A DNA stretch of 50,395 bases from Pseudobdellovibrionaceae bacterium (GCA_044359815.1 JBIKLL010000013.1:1-50395); one strand, 5' to 3'; shown: positions 9,281 through 19,004, counted from the stretch's first letter. Notes: generated by a model from the sequence alone, not told the origin. Translations and numbers: made by a program.

Positions 9281-9308
9281 TAAAGTTTTTAGGCTTTTTT
9301 GCCGAAGA
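9281..9308 (+). promoter_or_regulatory. Sigma28-like promoter
   Basis: TAAAGTTT...GCCGAAGA (TAAA-N16-GCCGA), about 20 nt before ATG 9328. Confidence 0.65.
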
Positions 9309-9327
9309 TATTGATGTGTGGGGAACT

Positions 9328-10206
9328 ATGAAGCCTGAATTCAGACTTTCGTCTAACAAATATTTTCGCAAATTCCAAAGAGCTTCATTATTTGTCCTGA
9401 TCACCCTGCCCCTGATGATTTCATTTAACAACTGCCAAAAAACATCCAATATGAATTCTGAAATCACGGATGACAGTAATCCCTTTAACGGTGTGATTGT
9501 TAATGATCCAGGCCTTAGGATCGCTGATGGCAAAGAAACTGAAAATCCACCCACAGACACCTCAGGTTCATTGAGCAAAATCGCAATCAGCTATGATTTA
9601 GCCACTGCTGCTGATCAATACATCCCTGACCATCAGCTTGAGCTCAGCCTTGATCAAAAAAATTATTCTTATTTCAAGCCCTCTGAAAATGGAAATCAAC
9701 CATCGGCTTTTGATAAATCATTGATTCAAAAAATTTCGCCACTAAATCCCTATTACCTGAAATTCGATAACAGATTTTTTCTGGATTACGATTTTGACGC
9801 TGTCAAAGGCACAGTGTTGGCATCAAGCCCTGATCGCTTTCGCGCATCTGTATTAGCAGTTTGCAAATCAGATTCTGTGCTTCCGATAGATATTGCCGTA
9901 TCCGCAGTTCGCAGTGACAGATCCATAGATCTAAATCCTTTTAGCGAAACCATTTTAACTCATTTTATGTATTTTGATCCCTATGATCATTTTAAATTAA
10001 CCGAGCTCAAATTTATCAATACCTTAATCAACGACAACAACAGGGCTGTGAATCATCTGTCAAATTCATCTATTGCAATTGATTACCATTTTGCCCAATC
10101 CCAAATTGCTGGCGAAACATTGTTTCAAGCCGATCTGTTAATCAACGGCAAATCTGTGCCGCTTGACTGCCAGCTTGCCCCCGACATCGCCGACTTCTTA
10201 AACTAG
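9328..10206 (+). CDS. Hypothetical lipoprotein
   Basis: ATG after GGGGA; hydrophobic stretch ending SFNNC (lipobox-like). Confidence 0.7.
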   Translation: MKPEFRLSSNKYFRKFQRASLFVLITLPLMISFNNCQKTSNMNSEITDDSNPFNGVIVNDPGLRIADGKETENPPTDTSGSLSKIAISYDLATAADQYIPDHQLELSLDQKNYSYFKPSENGNQPSAFDKSLIQKISPLNPYYLKFDNRFFLDYDFDAVKGTVLASSPDRFRASVLAVCKSDSVLPIDIAVSAVRSDRSIDLNPFSETILTHFMYFDPYDHFKLTELKFINTLINDNNRAVNHLSNSSIAIDYHFAQSQIAGETLFQADLLINGKSVPLDCQLAPDIADFLN

Positions 10207-10392
10207 TTGCGCCTTTTGATGATTGTATCATTCTGAAACAAGCTGCCTAATCCCCTCTGAACACAAAGGTTTTGCACGCCAATCATGTATGTATTTTAAA
10301 AAACTGAATCTGATATTCTGTATTCAAGAAAGCGATACCTGTCTGAACCCAACCAAGCTATCCCTGGGCGCTCACGGAAGAGCAACAGACTT

Positions 10393-11244
10393 TTAAGCAG
10401 CATTCGTCTGCGAATACCAAACTACCTCATGACATTTAAATCTGATCTCTGAATCCTTCCGACTGGCAAAGGATAAAATCAATCCCAAGTTTCCCACCAA
10501 GATTTCCACAGCCCTGTCCTGAACGCCCTCGGGTGGTTCCTGCAGGCATTTAAACACTAATATCGAGCCTTGGACCGCAGTGATCTTTGCCCATGGGCCT
10601 AAACCCTCAAACTCAACTGTCACGTTTAAAAGCTTATTCAGATCAAACAATGCATTTTGCGCATTCTGATTTTGCCGTCTGATTGATTCAGCATATTCGT
10701 TGACCGAGGCCATGGCTTGATTTGAGACACTGCTAGGACTTCCGACGGTTTCTGCTGCTGGCAATAAATCATTGGCAACAGACTCAGTTTGCGCAGTGGC
10801 TTTCAAGGGACCACCCCCGCCCTTGGGAACCAGATTTTTAATTTTTCGAGTCACAGGTTTACTGAATTCTGCCATATAAACAACTACGAACACGACGATG
10901 TTACACAGTAACAAAAACACAGGCAGTATCCCTGTCTTTTGCATTTCAGCTTTGAGTGTAATCAGATTATAAAAAATAAACAGACTCAACAAACCCAATA
11001 CCGAAATCCAAGAATCCCGTTTGCCCTTTAACATCAGCAATCCAATAATCACACTGCAGGTCCACAGGATCCAATGAACAGTGCTGATATCATTTAACAG
11101 CAGTTTCAAAACTGGCCATGTCCATTTGTGGGGATTTTTAACAGGGTAAATGGATAAAAAAACATTCACAAAGGGCGACAGCAACATCATCACACCAAAG
11201 GCTTGAATCACCCGTTGCTGCCTGAGCAATCCCTTTTCAGTCAT
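10393..11244 (-). CDS. Membrane protein (about 4 TM) with low-complexity linker and small C-terminal beta domain (possibly PilZ-like)
   Basis: Four hydrophobic segments in the N-half and a beta-strand pattern at the C-terminus. Confidence 0.7.
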   Translation of the reverse strand: MTEKGLLRQQRVIQAFGVMMLLSPFVNVFLSIYPVKNPHKWTWPVLKLLLNDISTVHWILWTCSVIIGLLMLKGKRDSWISVLGLLSLFIFYNLITLKAEMQKTGILPVFLLLCNIVVFVVVYMAEFSKPVTRKIKNLVPKGGGGPLKATAQTESVANDLLPAAETVGSPSSVSNQAMASVNEYAESIRRQNQNAQNALFDLNKLLNVTVEFEGLGPWAKITAVQGSILVFKCLQEPPEGVQDRAVEILVGNLGLILSFASRKDSEIRFKCHEVVWYSQTNAA

Positions 11245-11245
11245 T

Positions 11246-12208
11246 TTAACCAGTGCCTTTTTTGCCTATATCTACAAATCGCATTTTAACAACCGAGGAT
11301 TCCTGAGCTGAAGCATTGTCAGGATCCGCTGGCGACGGTGGAAATTGCACCTGAGCATTTTCAGCGGGACGATTTAAATCTACATTCATTGTGCTTGCCG
11401 CGGATTGGTTGTCTGCGCGGTTGGGTGTTGCGACTGGCTCAGAGCCGCCAAACATCCCAGTATAAGCAGATTGTTGATTTGTCGTAGCAACACCCGATTG
11501 CTGCACCTTCAATCTGTGCTTTTTGTTTTCTGCCAATGCAAAGCTGACTGCGATCACTAAACAAATCGCTAATGGATCAAACACTAAAACAAACGCCAGA
11601 ATCAAATATTTTACTGTAGTATCGATATCGATTTTAAAAGCCTTAGCGATGTAAATCAGTGGGCCGACTTTACGTTTCACATCCAGAATCATCAAATCGG
11701 ATTCGGTGATTTTGCTGATAAGGACTTCCTGTTTCTTTTTGAGCTCCAGGATCTTTGGCTCAAGCTCTTGCCGCATTTTGATTTTTTTAGTGATTCTGGA
11801 ATCCGGAATTTCCTCAACCTGCGATGTCAGTCGATCCATTTCGTCTTCCAGTCGGATTTTTTCATTTCTGAGGCTGGCAACTTTGATGGTTTCAGATTCC
11901 AAGGTTGTCGATGATGCTTGATAAGCATCCGACAGATATCCAAAAATTCCCAAACTGGTGATTAAACTTAGCAACACCACAGACACAAGAAGATAAACCT
12001 TCATCAGAAAATTAATCCGGTCCCAGGTTTGATGTAAAAATGCAGCGATCGTAAATTTAGCCAGCTCCAGTGCACCAGCCATCAGCGACACTGCCAACCA
12101 AGCACCGGTAAAAAGGGCTTTAATACCCAAAATTGAAAACGCAGCGCCCAGGGCTGAAATTGAGAATGCTGACAGAATCAAACAGATGACTACCCATTGC
12201 TGTATCAT
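11246..12208 (-). CDS. Membrane protein with coiled coil (DUF4407-like)
   Basis: Three N-terminal TMs (LELAK, ITSLGIFGYLS), a long coiled coil, VGPLIYIA and FDPLAI in a further TM; directly upstream of 10393..11244. Confidence 0.75.
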   Translation of the reverse strand: MIQQWVVICLILSAFSISALGAAFSILGIKALFTGAWLAVSLMAGALELAKFTIAAFLHQTWDRINFLMKVYLLVSVVLLSLITSLGIFGYLSDAYQASSTTLESETIKVASLRNEKIRLEDEMDRLTSQVEEIPDSRITKKIKMRQELEPKILELKKKQEVLISKITESDLMILDVKRKVGPLIYIAKAFKIDIDTTVKYLILAFVLVFDPLAICLVIAVSFALAENKKHRLKVQQSGVATTNQQSAYTGMFGGSEPVATPNRADNQSAASTMNVDLNRPAENAQVQFPPSPADPDNASAQESSVVKMRFVDIGKKGTG

Positions 12209-12336
12209 ACAAAAAACTGTTCGGTTTTTTTGACCTCAGACTCAAGGTCTGAAGCCTAATGAATCTGCTTATTTAAGACGTCTCATTTTGATAAAAAATT
12301 GCTCATTTATGTAAAACTTCAAATGACCTATTACAG

Positions 12337-12376
12337 AAAAAAGATGGGGTCCCAAAACCTTCATTCTGGGACCCCA
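12337..12376 (-). terminator. Intrinsic terminator of rnpB
   Basis: TGGGGTCCCA...TGGGACCCCA stem; the A-run on + is a U-tract on the - strand. Confidence 0.8.
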
Positions 12377-12385
12377 CAAATGGAC

Positions 12386-12805
12386 TTTGTTTGCGATAAG
12401 CCGGATTCTGTACCAGTCGAATTACCAGTTCAACTGGTGGCGACCATTCCTCTGGGATTAAAATTACTTTTAACCTCAAGCGATCTACCCGGAGATAACA
12501 CGCTGGCTGCGTGAATAATTTCTCCCTATTTGATCTTGCTCCTTGCAGAGTTTAGCTGTTTTCACTCCAGCGGCTCCCCTAGGTTCTCCCTGGCCAAACC
12601 TAGGCTCAATGCCCTGGACATTCTCTCTGTTCCACTGTTCCTCTGGTTTTCTGATGTAACGGTTTAGCCTTTTGATAAATCAATCAGCCATTCCCATCAA
12701 AACCCCAGGTGGGGCGTTACCCCATGCAATGCCATGCGGAGTCCGGACTTTCCTCTGCCAAAAATTTTATTGCTAAAATCTCAGACAGCGATCACCTGCA
12801 AACAA
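12386..12805 (-). ncRNA. rnpB: RNase P RNA (type A)
   Basis: The minus strand reads GATCGCTG...GAGGAAAGTCCGGACTCC...GGGGTAACGCCCC...GGAGCAAGATCAAATAGG...ACAGAATCCGGCTTATCG. The termini TTGTTTGC/GCAAACAA pair as P1. Confidence 0.97.
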
Positions 12806-12921
12806 TATTGGGGCAAGGTGTAACACACCCACTAAAAACCCACAAACTTTCTTTGGCAAAGTTTGTTGAGTTTTGCTGTCCTTTAAATTAGCCTTATTCA
12901 AAAGAAAAACCAGGAGCTAAG

Positions 12922-13338
12922 ATGATTAAATTACTGTGTAGTTTATTTGTATTGAATCTATTTGCCTTTAATTGGGCCCACGCGGGAGGAAAAGTTGGTC
13001 AACTATTTCCACCCAAGCAGCCCATTAAGGAACTGGCCACTACACCGGAAGTCCCAAAAAATCTGGATCCTGCTGCATTTGCCAAAGTGGGCAATAATGT
13101 GGTTTTAAAATGGGGCGCAGTTGAAGGCGCAAATCAATATCATCTGCAGGTTGCAACTGACCCAAATTTCAAATGGCTGGTTTACAACGGCGAAAATGAA
13201 ACAAACACTTCTTATGCATTGTCAGGTTTGGAATCCGGAAAATTTTATTACTGGAGAGTCTGGTCCAAGAAAACAAACAATGACCCAACCTATATGAAAA
13301 GCGATTCGTTTGCGAAGTCTGTTTTTAAAACTCAGTAA
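12922..13338 (+). CDS. Secreted fibronectin type III domain protein
   Basis: AGGAG RBS; signal peptide ending AHA; LKWGAVEGANQYHLQVATD...GLESGKFYYWRV. Confidence 0.85.
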   Translation: MIKLLCSLFVLNLFAFNWAHAGGKVGQLFPPKQPIKELATTPEVPKNLDPAAFAKVGNNVVLKWGAVEGANQYHLQVATDPNFKWLVYNGENETNTSYALSGLESGKFYYWRVWSKKTNNDPTYMKSDSFAKSVFKTQ

Positions 13339-13354
13339 GGCCAATTAAATCATC

Positions 13355-14068
13355 CTAGCGGCGGCAGTATGGCAGATTGGCCGTGAAATAGCTGATTTGC
13401 GGAATCCGATTTTTGTGGCTCCTTGAAATCACAGCCCAATAGGCTCTCTTGTTTAGGACAATTTTACCTGTGCGATTAAGTTGCTTTGCCATAATAGCAG
13501 CGGCACAGCGGATATTCAAAAAAGGATCATAGGTTGTTTTGCGTGGATCCCTAGGATGCAGCAAGGAATCACGAACCCAATCAAACTGGCAGTCAGCACT
13601 GGCCATGATGTCCTGGTGAGACATTTGAAACAAGCCTTCGCTCAGTAAAGGTTTTCCTGTGACTTTATCGATTCGGCGGGGTTCACGAAATCTGGCTGTC
13701 GGATTGTATCCGCTTTCCCATTTTGAAATCTGAACCATCAACTGAGCCCAGAAATTCAATCGATCGCGTTCATTTAATGAATCATAGTTTGGGCAAAAAT
13801 ACTTGGCGTCGGTGGCCCTTGTTAAAAAGCTGGATTTCCTGGTGTGAATTTCATTGTACAACTGATTGGACCAAAGCTTGCGATTATCACGGCTTGCCGA
13901 AGTCGCATCATAAATGCCAAAATTTTCCCAGGGTAATTCATTTTGTTTTTCAAATCTTTCCACTGGTTGTGGTACAGGATTTTCAGTAACAGGTTGTCCC
14001 GAATTGTTACCGCCTGCGCAACCCGCAATCCAAATCAGTGACAATAAAATCAGAAATTTGTGTCTCAT
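13355..14068 (-). CDS. Lytic transglycosylase (SLT-like) lipoprotein
   Basis: Lipobox IAGC; catalytic ES motif (WESGYNPTA), SEGLFQMS, NIRCAAAI. Confidence 0.8.
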   Translation of the reverse strand: MRHKFLILLSLIWIAGCAGGNNSGQPVTENPVPQPVERFEKQNELPWENFGIYDATSASRDNRKLWSNQLYNEIHTRKSSFLTRATDAKYFCPNYDSLNERDRLNFWAQLMVQISKWESGYNPTARFREPRRIDKVTGKPLLSEGLFQMSHQDIMASADCQFDWVRDSLLHPRDPRKTTYDPFLNIRCAAAIMAKQLNRTGKIVLNKRAYWAVISRSHKNRIPQISYFTANLPYCRR

Positions 14069-14153
14069 AACCAGATAATTATATCTCGAAATAAGACCAA
14101 AGTCCTGAATCAAAACACCAAACTACCTTTTTAGGCAAATTGAGTATTCACAC

Positions 14154-14181
14154 TAAAGTCTGGGCCGTGAAATTTCGATAA
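14154..14181 (+). promoter_or_regulatory. Sigma28-like promoter
   Basis: TAAAG...TTCGATAA (TAAA-N16-xxCGATAA) upstream of the micro-ORF at 14230. Confidence 0.5.
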
Positions 14182-14229
14182 GTACATAGACAAAAATGGG
14201 CATCTAACGCCCCCATAAAGGAGAAAACA

Positions 14230-14310
14230 GTGGTACGTCAGTTGATGTTTATAACTTTCTTGGCTCTTGGTTCAATAGTTTTATTAGTTCAAAATTCTAT
14301 GGCCTTTTGA
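14230..14310 (+). CDS. 26-aa hydrophobic micro-protein (MVRQLMFITFLALGSIVLLVQNSMAF)
   Basis: Strong AAAGGAG RBS 6 nt before the GTG; single hydrophobic helix; below the size cut-off of the ORF track. Confidence 0.5.
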   Translation: MVRQLMFITFLALGSIVLLVQNSMAF

Positions 14311-14436
14311 TTAAAGACTTTTTGATCTGCTGCCATTCTGAAGTAGACTAAGAACTCGGCGGATGATTTGTCTTTCCCAAATGGTAGTGGTTATGCAGGA
14401 CGTATTTGGATTGGCATGATCACTACCTAAACTTTT

Positions 14437-15486
14437 TTGGGGGACAGGTTGCGCGCAGAATTTGAACAGTTCAGACACGATACGCTGGCAGAAATCACAA
14501 ATCCGAATCTGAAAATCATCACTCAAAACTATGACTGGCCCACACCAACGGGTTCGCAATGCCAAACAGATTACGTGATCAGGCAATGTGATTCCCAGGA
14601 TCTGATTGTGGTCTTGTCAGGAACCCACGGGGTTGAAGGGTATTTTGGTTCGTTAGCGCTCAGAAGAATATTTTCTGAGCTCGGCACAATGTCGCTGAAT
14701 GGCTTTCCCAATATGATGTTTGTGCATGCGCTTAATTGCTTTGGCATGGCCTGGTACCGTCGCGCAAATTTCAATAATGTTGATTTAAACAGAAATGGCT
14801 GCGGAAAAGTCTTTGATAAAAATCCTGACTTCGATCAAATCAAACCCTATTTTGAATTGACCAGTTCAATCTCAAGAAAATTATTTTTTCTAAAGTCCAT
14901 TCCCAAAATCACCCGCACTTGGGGTGCTGCAAAGACTCTGCAGGTAACCTGCCAGGGACAAAGCCACTACCCAGATTCGTTGTTTTACACAGGCACACAG
15001 TTTCAACCTGAACTGGTTCATTTGATGTCAGCTATTAAAAGCCAATTTAAGAATTTAAACAGAATCTGGGTGATTGATTTTCACACTGGGCTGGGACGAT
15101 TTATGCAGGAATCATTGATCCTAGAAGACTCCAGAAAGGTCGATCCCCAAATGATGACGGCATTGTATGATCGCAATAATGTAACACTGGAAAACAACGA
15201 ATTTTTTTATGAGGTCAATGGCTCTATCAGCGAAGCTTTCAGAATTCATTTTCCAGAATGCTCAACCCACTATGTGTGTGCAGAATACGGTACTCAAAAT
15301 TCATTCAAGGTCATTGAAGCCTTGGCAGCAGAAAATATGTTCTTCAGAAATTTTGACTACAAGCTGGATCAGCGGATTTCAAATCAGATGCTGGATTGCT
15401 TTTTCCCGGACTCTGAGTCTTGGCGCCAGGTCTGCGTCCAATATGGGCTTCAAGCTTTTATTAAAATGGCTCAGTTTATTAAATAG
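14437..15486 (+). CDS. DUF2817 / M14-family zinc carboxypeptidase-like protein
   Basis: SGTHGVEG (HxxE), NVDLNRN, IDFHTGLG, EYGT; start codon uncertain. Confidence 0.85.
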   Translation: MGDRLRAEFEQFRHDTLAEITNPNLKIITQNYDWPTPTGSQCQTDYVIRQCDSQDLIVVLSGTHGVEGYFGSLALRRIFSELGTMSLNGFPNMMFVHALNCFGMAWYRRANFNNVDLNRNGCGKVFDKNPDFDQIKPYFELTSSISRKLFFLKSIPKITRTWGAAKTLQVTCQGQSHYPDSLFYTGTQFQPELVHLMSAIKSQFKNLNRIWVIDFHTGLGRFMQESLILEDSRKVDPQMMTALYDRNNVTLENNEFFYEVNGSISEAFRIHFPECSTHYVCAEYGTQNSFKVIEALAAENMFFRNFDYKLDQRISNQMLDCFFPDSESWRQVCVQYGLQAFIKMAQFIK

Positions 15487-15510
15487 CTAATCTAAATAAA
15501 ACTATTTTCG

Positions 15511-15709
15511 TCTGCCCTTTTGAACATCTATGTTTTTAAAATTCAAAAATTTAAATATTCTATTTTACTAAAAAAGACCCTCTGCGGAGGCGGGGGCAAA
15601 GCCCGAGCGATCTGAACAACGATGCTAAATAAAGAGCTGTGGTCTTTTTTAGTAAAATAGAATATTTAAATTTTTGAATTTTAAAAACATAGATGTTCAA
15701 AAGGGCAGA
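15511..15709. repeat. Perfect 69-bp inverted repeat (15511..15579 / 15641..15709) around a 61-bp GC-richer spacer
   Basis: The arms are exact reverse complements (tctgcccttttgaac...aaaaaagacc / ggtctttttt...gttcaaaagggcaga). Confidence 0.97.
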
Positions 15710-15719
15710 AAATAATTAT

Positions 15720-17267
15720 TTAGTGCTTTGTCGCCAGATGTTGTCTTTGTCGTTTGGGGGCAGCCGTCAAAGATTTTGAAATCAAATTTTTGCTATCAGT
15801 TTTTGCCAGTGGACCGTTTGATCTTTCAGGATGTTTTTTTAAAAACTTAGGTACAGCCTGATGACTGGATAATTTAAAATCCGCTTCCAGCATAGCCGTG
15901 GCTTTTTCAATGGACATACCCTGATTCAAACAAAACTCATACAAGCCTTGCAACAAAGCCTCGTAAGAAATTTTGTGGGTTCTGCCAAAATGTGCATACA
16001 TAAATTCAGTTACCAGTTTCATTTGATTGAACGGATCAATGGTGACGACTTGTTTAACAAAACTCGGAAACCGTCCACTGTTGCCAATCATATCCCAGTA
16101 CCTGGCAAATCGTGATAAAAACAAAACCTCATCAAAACTCAGCGTTGATGTTTGCAGGATTTGATAGGGAGCTTTTGATTGATAAACCATTTTATATTTT
16201 TGCTGATGTCTGATTATAGGCGTGCCTCTTAGACGCTTGAGCAACCCAACTTGAATTTCGTCAGGTTGCATTGCGAACAATCGGTCAAATCCTGCTCCAA
16301 AGGAATTTAAATCCTCTGCCGGCAATCCCGCTATCAAATCGGCATGGGTGTGAACCTTTGTTTGGTTTTTCAAAAAATCCATATTGGCCCGCAGTTTATC
16401 CAGATCATTTTTGCGACTCACCAATTGGGCTGTTTCTGGGTTGAAAGTTTGAATTCCAATCTCAAACTGCAAACTGCCTTCTGGAAACTGTTTTACCAAA
16501 TCTTTTAAATTGTCAGGAAACCTGTCGGGTACCATTTCAAAATGCACAAAAGCTGGCTTGTCTAAAAAGAACTGTAAAATCTGCGACGAAGTATTGGGAT
16601 TCAAGTTGAAGGTTCGATCCACAAATTTAAATTGCCGTAAACCCCTATCATAAAGCTTTTGCATCTGCTGAATAAAAACATCCAGGTCAAAGGCTCGAAC
16701 ACCCTTGTCCAACGAAGACAAACAGTATTCGCATTTGTACACACAGCCTCTTGAAGCTTCGACATACACAATGCGATTTTGCAAATCATGATCCGTGTAC
16801 AAATCATAAGGCAAAGCCAGAGTTTTCGGATCTGGTGGCGTGGCAGGAATGATTTTAGTTTCAGGAATGATTTGTTCTATAACGAGACTTTTACACAATT
16901 GATAAAACGCCCTATCGGCCTCACCAGCAATCACAAAATCTGCAAACCTAACGATGGGCTGCTCGGGGATTTCGTGACTGACCTCGGGCCCGCCAAGCAC
17001 TATAAAAATGTCTGGCCTAAGTGATTTAATAACCTCAATCACCTGTTGAGTCTCGGTGACGTTCCAAATATAGACGCCAAATCCGATAACCCTGGGGTTT
17101 AGATTTAAAATCTTCTGTGCAATTTCCAGTGGGGAGTTTTCAATCGTGAATTCTAAAATCTGAGTTTCTGATTTTAGCTCATGCATATTGGCCATAAGGT
17201 ATCTCAATCCAAAGGCTGCATGGCTGTAGCTAGAATTTAGCGTCGACAAAACGATCTGTGAATTCAT
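15720..17267 (-). CDS. B12-binding radical SAM protein (DUF4080-type C-terminus)
   Basis: GVYIWN, LGGPEVS, SRGCVYKCEYCLS (CxxxCxxC), FKFVDRTFN. Confidence 0.92.
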   Translation of the reverse strand: MNSQIVLSTLNSSYSHAAFGLRYLMANMHELKSETQILEFTIENSPLEIAQKILNLNPRVIGFGVYIWNVTETQQVIEVIKSLRPDIFIVLGGPEVSHEIPEQPIVRFADFVIAGEADRAFYQLCKSLVIEQIIPETKIIPATPPDPKTLALPYDLYTDHDLQNRIVYVEASRGCVYKCEYCLSSLDKGVRAFDLDVFIQQMQKLYDRGLRQFKFVDRTFNLNPNTSSQILQFFLDKPAFVHFEMVPDRFPDNLKDLVKQFPEGSLQFEIGIQTFNPETAQLVSRKNDLDKLRANMDFLKNQTKVHTHADLIAGLPAEDLNSFGAGFDRLFAMQPDEIQVGLLKRLRGTPIIRHQQKYKMVYQSKAPYQILQTSTLSFDEVLFLSRFARYWDMIGNSGRFPSFVKQVVTIDPFNQMKLVTEFMYAHFGRTHKISYEALLQGLYEFCLNQGMSIEKATAMLEADFKLSSHQAVPKFLKKHPERSNGPLAKTDSKNLISKSLTAAPKRQRQHLATKH

Positions 17268-17321
17268 AGGGCTAGCTATAAATTATTTTAGCCAAGAGTC
17301 AAAAGGTTGATCCCAGGGATT

Positions 17322-17876
17322 TTAAGGTACATCGCCGGGTTGGGAGGTAAAACATTGTGTGAAGTAATTACTGCCAGCTTCATCAACCGCAATGCCTGCA
17401 CCGAATGAGATAAATAGGGGGTTTAGTATATTTGCACGGTGACCAGGTGATGCCATCCAGCTTGCGACAACAGAGGCCGCTGTGGTTTGCCCCTTGGCGA
17501 TATTTTCACCCCTGGGATTACCTGTAACACCAAATCGGTCAAATCTGGCCCAAGCAGTTTCAGTGGGTCCATCATGAGCAAAGTATTGTCCAGCTGCCAT
17601 ATCTAATGAATGATATTGGGCTTCGCTTACACAGGCTGAATGAATCTTGAGGGGTTGCAATCCTGCCTTTGCGCGCTCTTCATTGGTGAATCCATAAACC
17701 TGGCATTCAAATTCAGTCATATCACCGCAGGTTACTGATTTTGATTGTGGTGGGATAGTCGTTGTGGTTGAAGGGTCCTCTTGGATACCCGCCAATTGAT
17801 AATCACCACTGCCTACAGTCGGTGATCCACAGGCGGCACAGAACAACAAGAATACAGAAGAAATTAAAAGTTTCAT
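17322..17876 (-). CDS. CAP/SCP domain lipoprotein
   Basis: Lipobox AAC; NEERAKAGL, HSLDMA, YFAH, GENIA, WMASPGHRANIL. Confidence 0.92.
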   Translation of the reverse strand: MKLLISSVFLLFCAACGSPTVGSGDYQLAGIQEDPSTTTTIPPQSKSVTCGDMTEFECQVYGFTNEERAKAGLQPLKIHSACVSEAQYHSLDMAAGQYFAHDGPTETAWARFDRFGVTGNPRGENIAKGQTTAASVVASWMASPGHRANILNPLFISFGAGIAVDEAGSNYFTQCFTSQPGDVP

Positions 17877-17992
17877 CGGTAAGTCCTTCTAATATTTTTT
17901 ATAAGCAATTATGAAACCTGATCCAAAAAACATGATTTCAGCAATTTAAGGGAACTAAATTTGCAATTTAATGTCTAGATAATCAAAAGTGT

Positions 17993-18232
17993 TTAAACTT
18001 TTTCCTTTTTATTGGCATTTTCGGTGGACTTAACTTGGCCATCATTCACAGGCTTGGATAATGCTTCATTTTTAATTTCTTCGGCTTCAGCTTCTGCGTT
18101 ATTTAGGCCCTGTTTAAAACCACGAATGGCTTTTCCTAAAGACTGTCCCAATTGTGGAAGTCTGCTGGGACCGAAAAAAATTAAGACAATTATTAATACC
18201 AAAAGAATATGCGAAATGCTGAATTCACCCAT
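17993..18232 (-). CDS. tatA: Twin-arginine translocase TatA/E subunit
   Basis: MGEFSISHILLVLIIVLIFFGPSRLPQLGQSLGKAIRGFK; GAGG RBS. Confidence 0.93.
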   Translation of the reverse strand: MGEFSISHILLVLIIVLIFFGPSRLPQLGQSLGKAIRGFKQGLNNAEAEAEEIKNEALSKPVNDGQVKSTENANKKEKV

Positions 18233-18332
18233 AATGATTATACCTCTGTAATACCGCGAAACTATCAAAGCCTGCCAAAGATGCAATCAAAATTTACCTG
18301 GATTCGTTGAGCCTGGCCCAAACACTTTTGAT

Positions 18333-18959
18333 TTAGATCTTTGCCTGATCTGCCAAGCGCCACAGATGCAAGGCCACCACGGTTTGATACGGTTGCCAGT
18401 TAGCATCAACAACCTTTAAATCCTTTGCGACAGGAAATTTACGTTTCCTTTTCCAGATCTGAAAGCCCCTTTTGATTCCAAAATCATCTACAGGCCAGAC
18501 ATTCAGCCTTCCCAAATTAAAAATAAGCATCATTTCCACTGTCCATTTACCAACACCGTATATTTGAGTCAGTCGTTCAACAATTTGGTCATTTGTTAGC
18601 TCTTGAATTTGAGATCTAGTCGGAACAACCCCATCAACTGTTTTTTGAGCGATGTCTTTTATGGCTTTAATTTTGTTACCAGAAAAACCGCAGGATTTTA
18701 TCCTGCCTTCATCCATTTTCAAAATATCCTTAGGTTCAGGAAAACTTTTGTTAGGCCATAAATCTTTAAATCGTCCCAATATGGTTTGGGCTGCCTTACC
18801 ATGCAATTGTTGGTGAGCGATGGCTTCAACCAATGACTGGTAAGGTGATTCAGAATGTTTCAAACTAAGCTCAATGGTTTTAACAGATTTAAAAAGACTC
18901 CTTAGGCTAGAGTCTTTTTTAACCAATGCTTGTTTTGCTTTTTTTATTTTGGATTGCAT
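18333..18959 (-). CDS. alkA: DNA-3-methyladenine glycosylase II (HhH-GPD)
   Basis: IAHQQL, GVGKWTVEM, WPVDDFG, WQPY. Confidence 0.9.
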   Translation of the reverse strand: MQSKIKKAKQALVKKDSSLRSLFKSVKTIELSLKHSESPYQSLVEAIAHQQLHGKAAQTILGRFKDLWPNKSFPEPKDILKMDEGRIKSCGFSGNKIKAIKDIAQKTVDGVVPTRSQIQELTNDQIVERLTQIYGVGKWTVEMMLIFNLGRLNVWPVDDFGIKRGFQIWKRKRKFPVAKDLKVVDANWQPYQTVVALHLWRLADQAKI

Positions 18960-19004
18960 GCTGCCCGTTTATCCCGAAGCTTCCGAACAGGCAATAGCAA
19001 TATA

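Noticed and set aside
12299..12891. Short + strand ORFs 12299..12514 and 12709..12891
   Set aside because: They overlap rnpB on the opposite strand.
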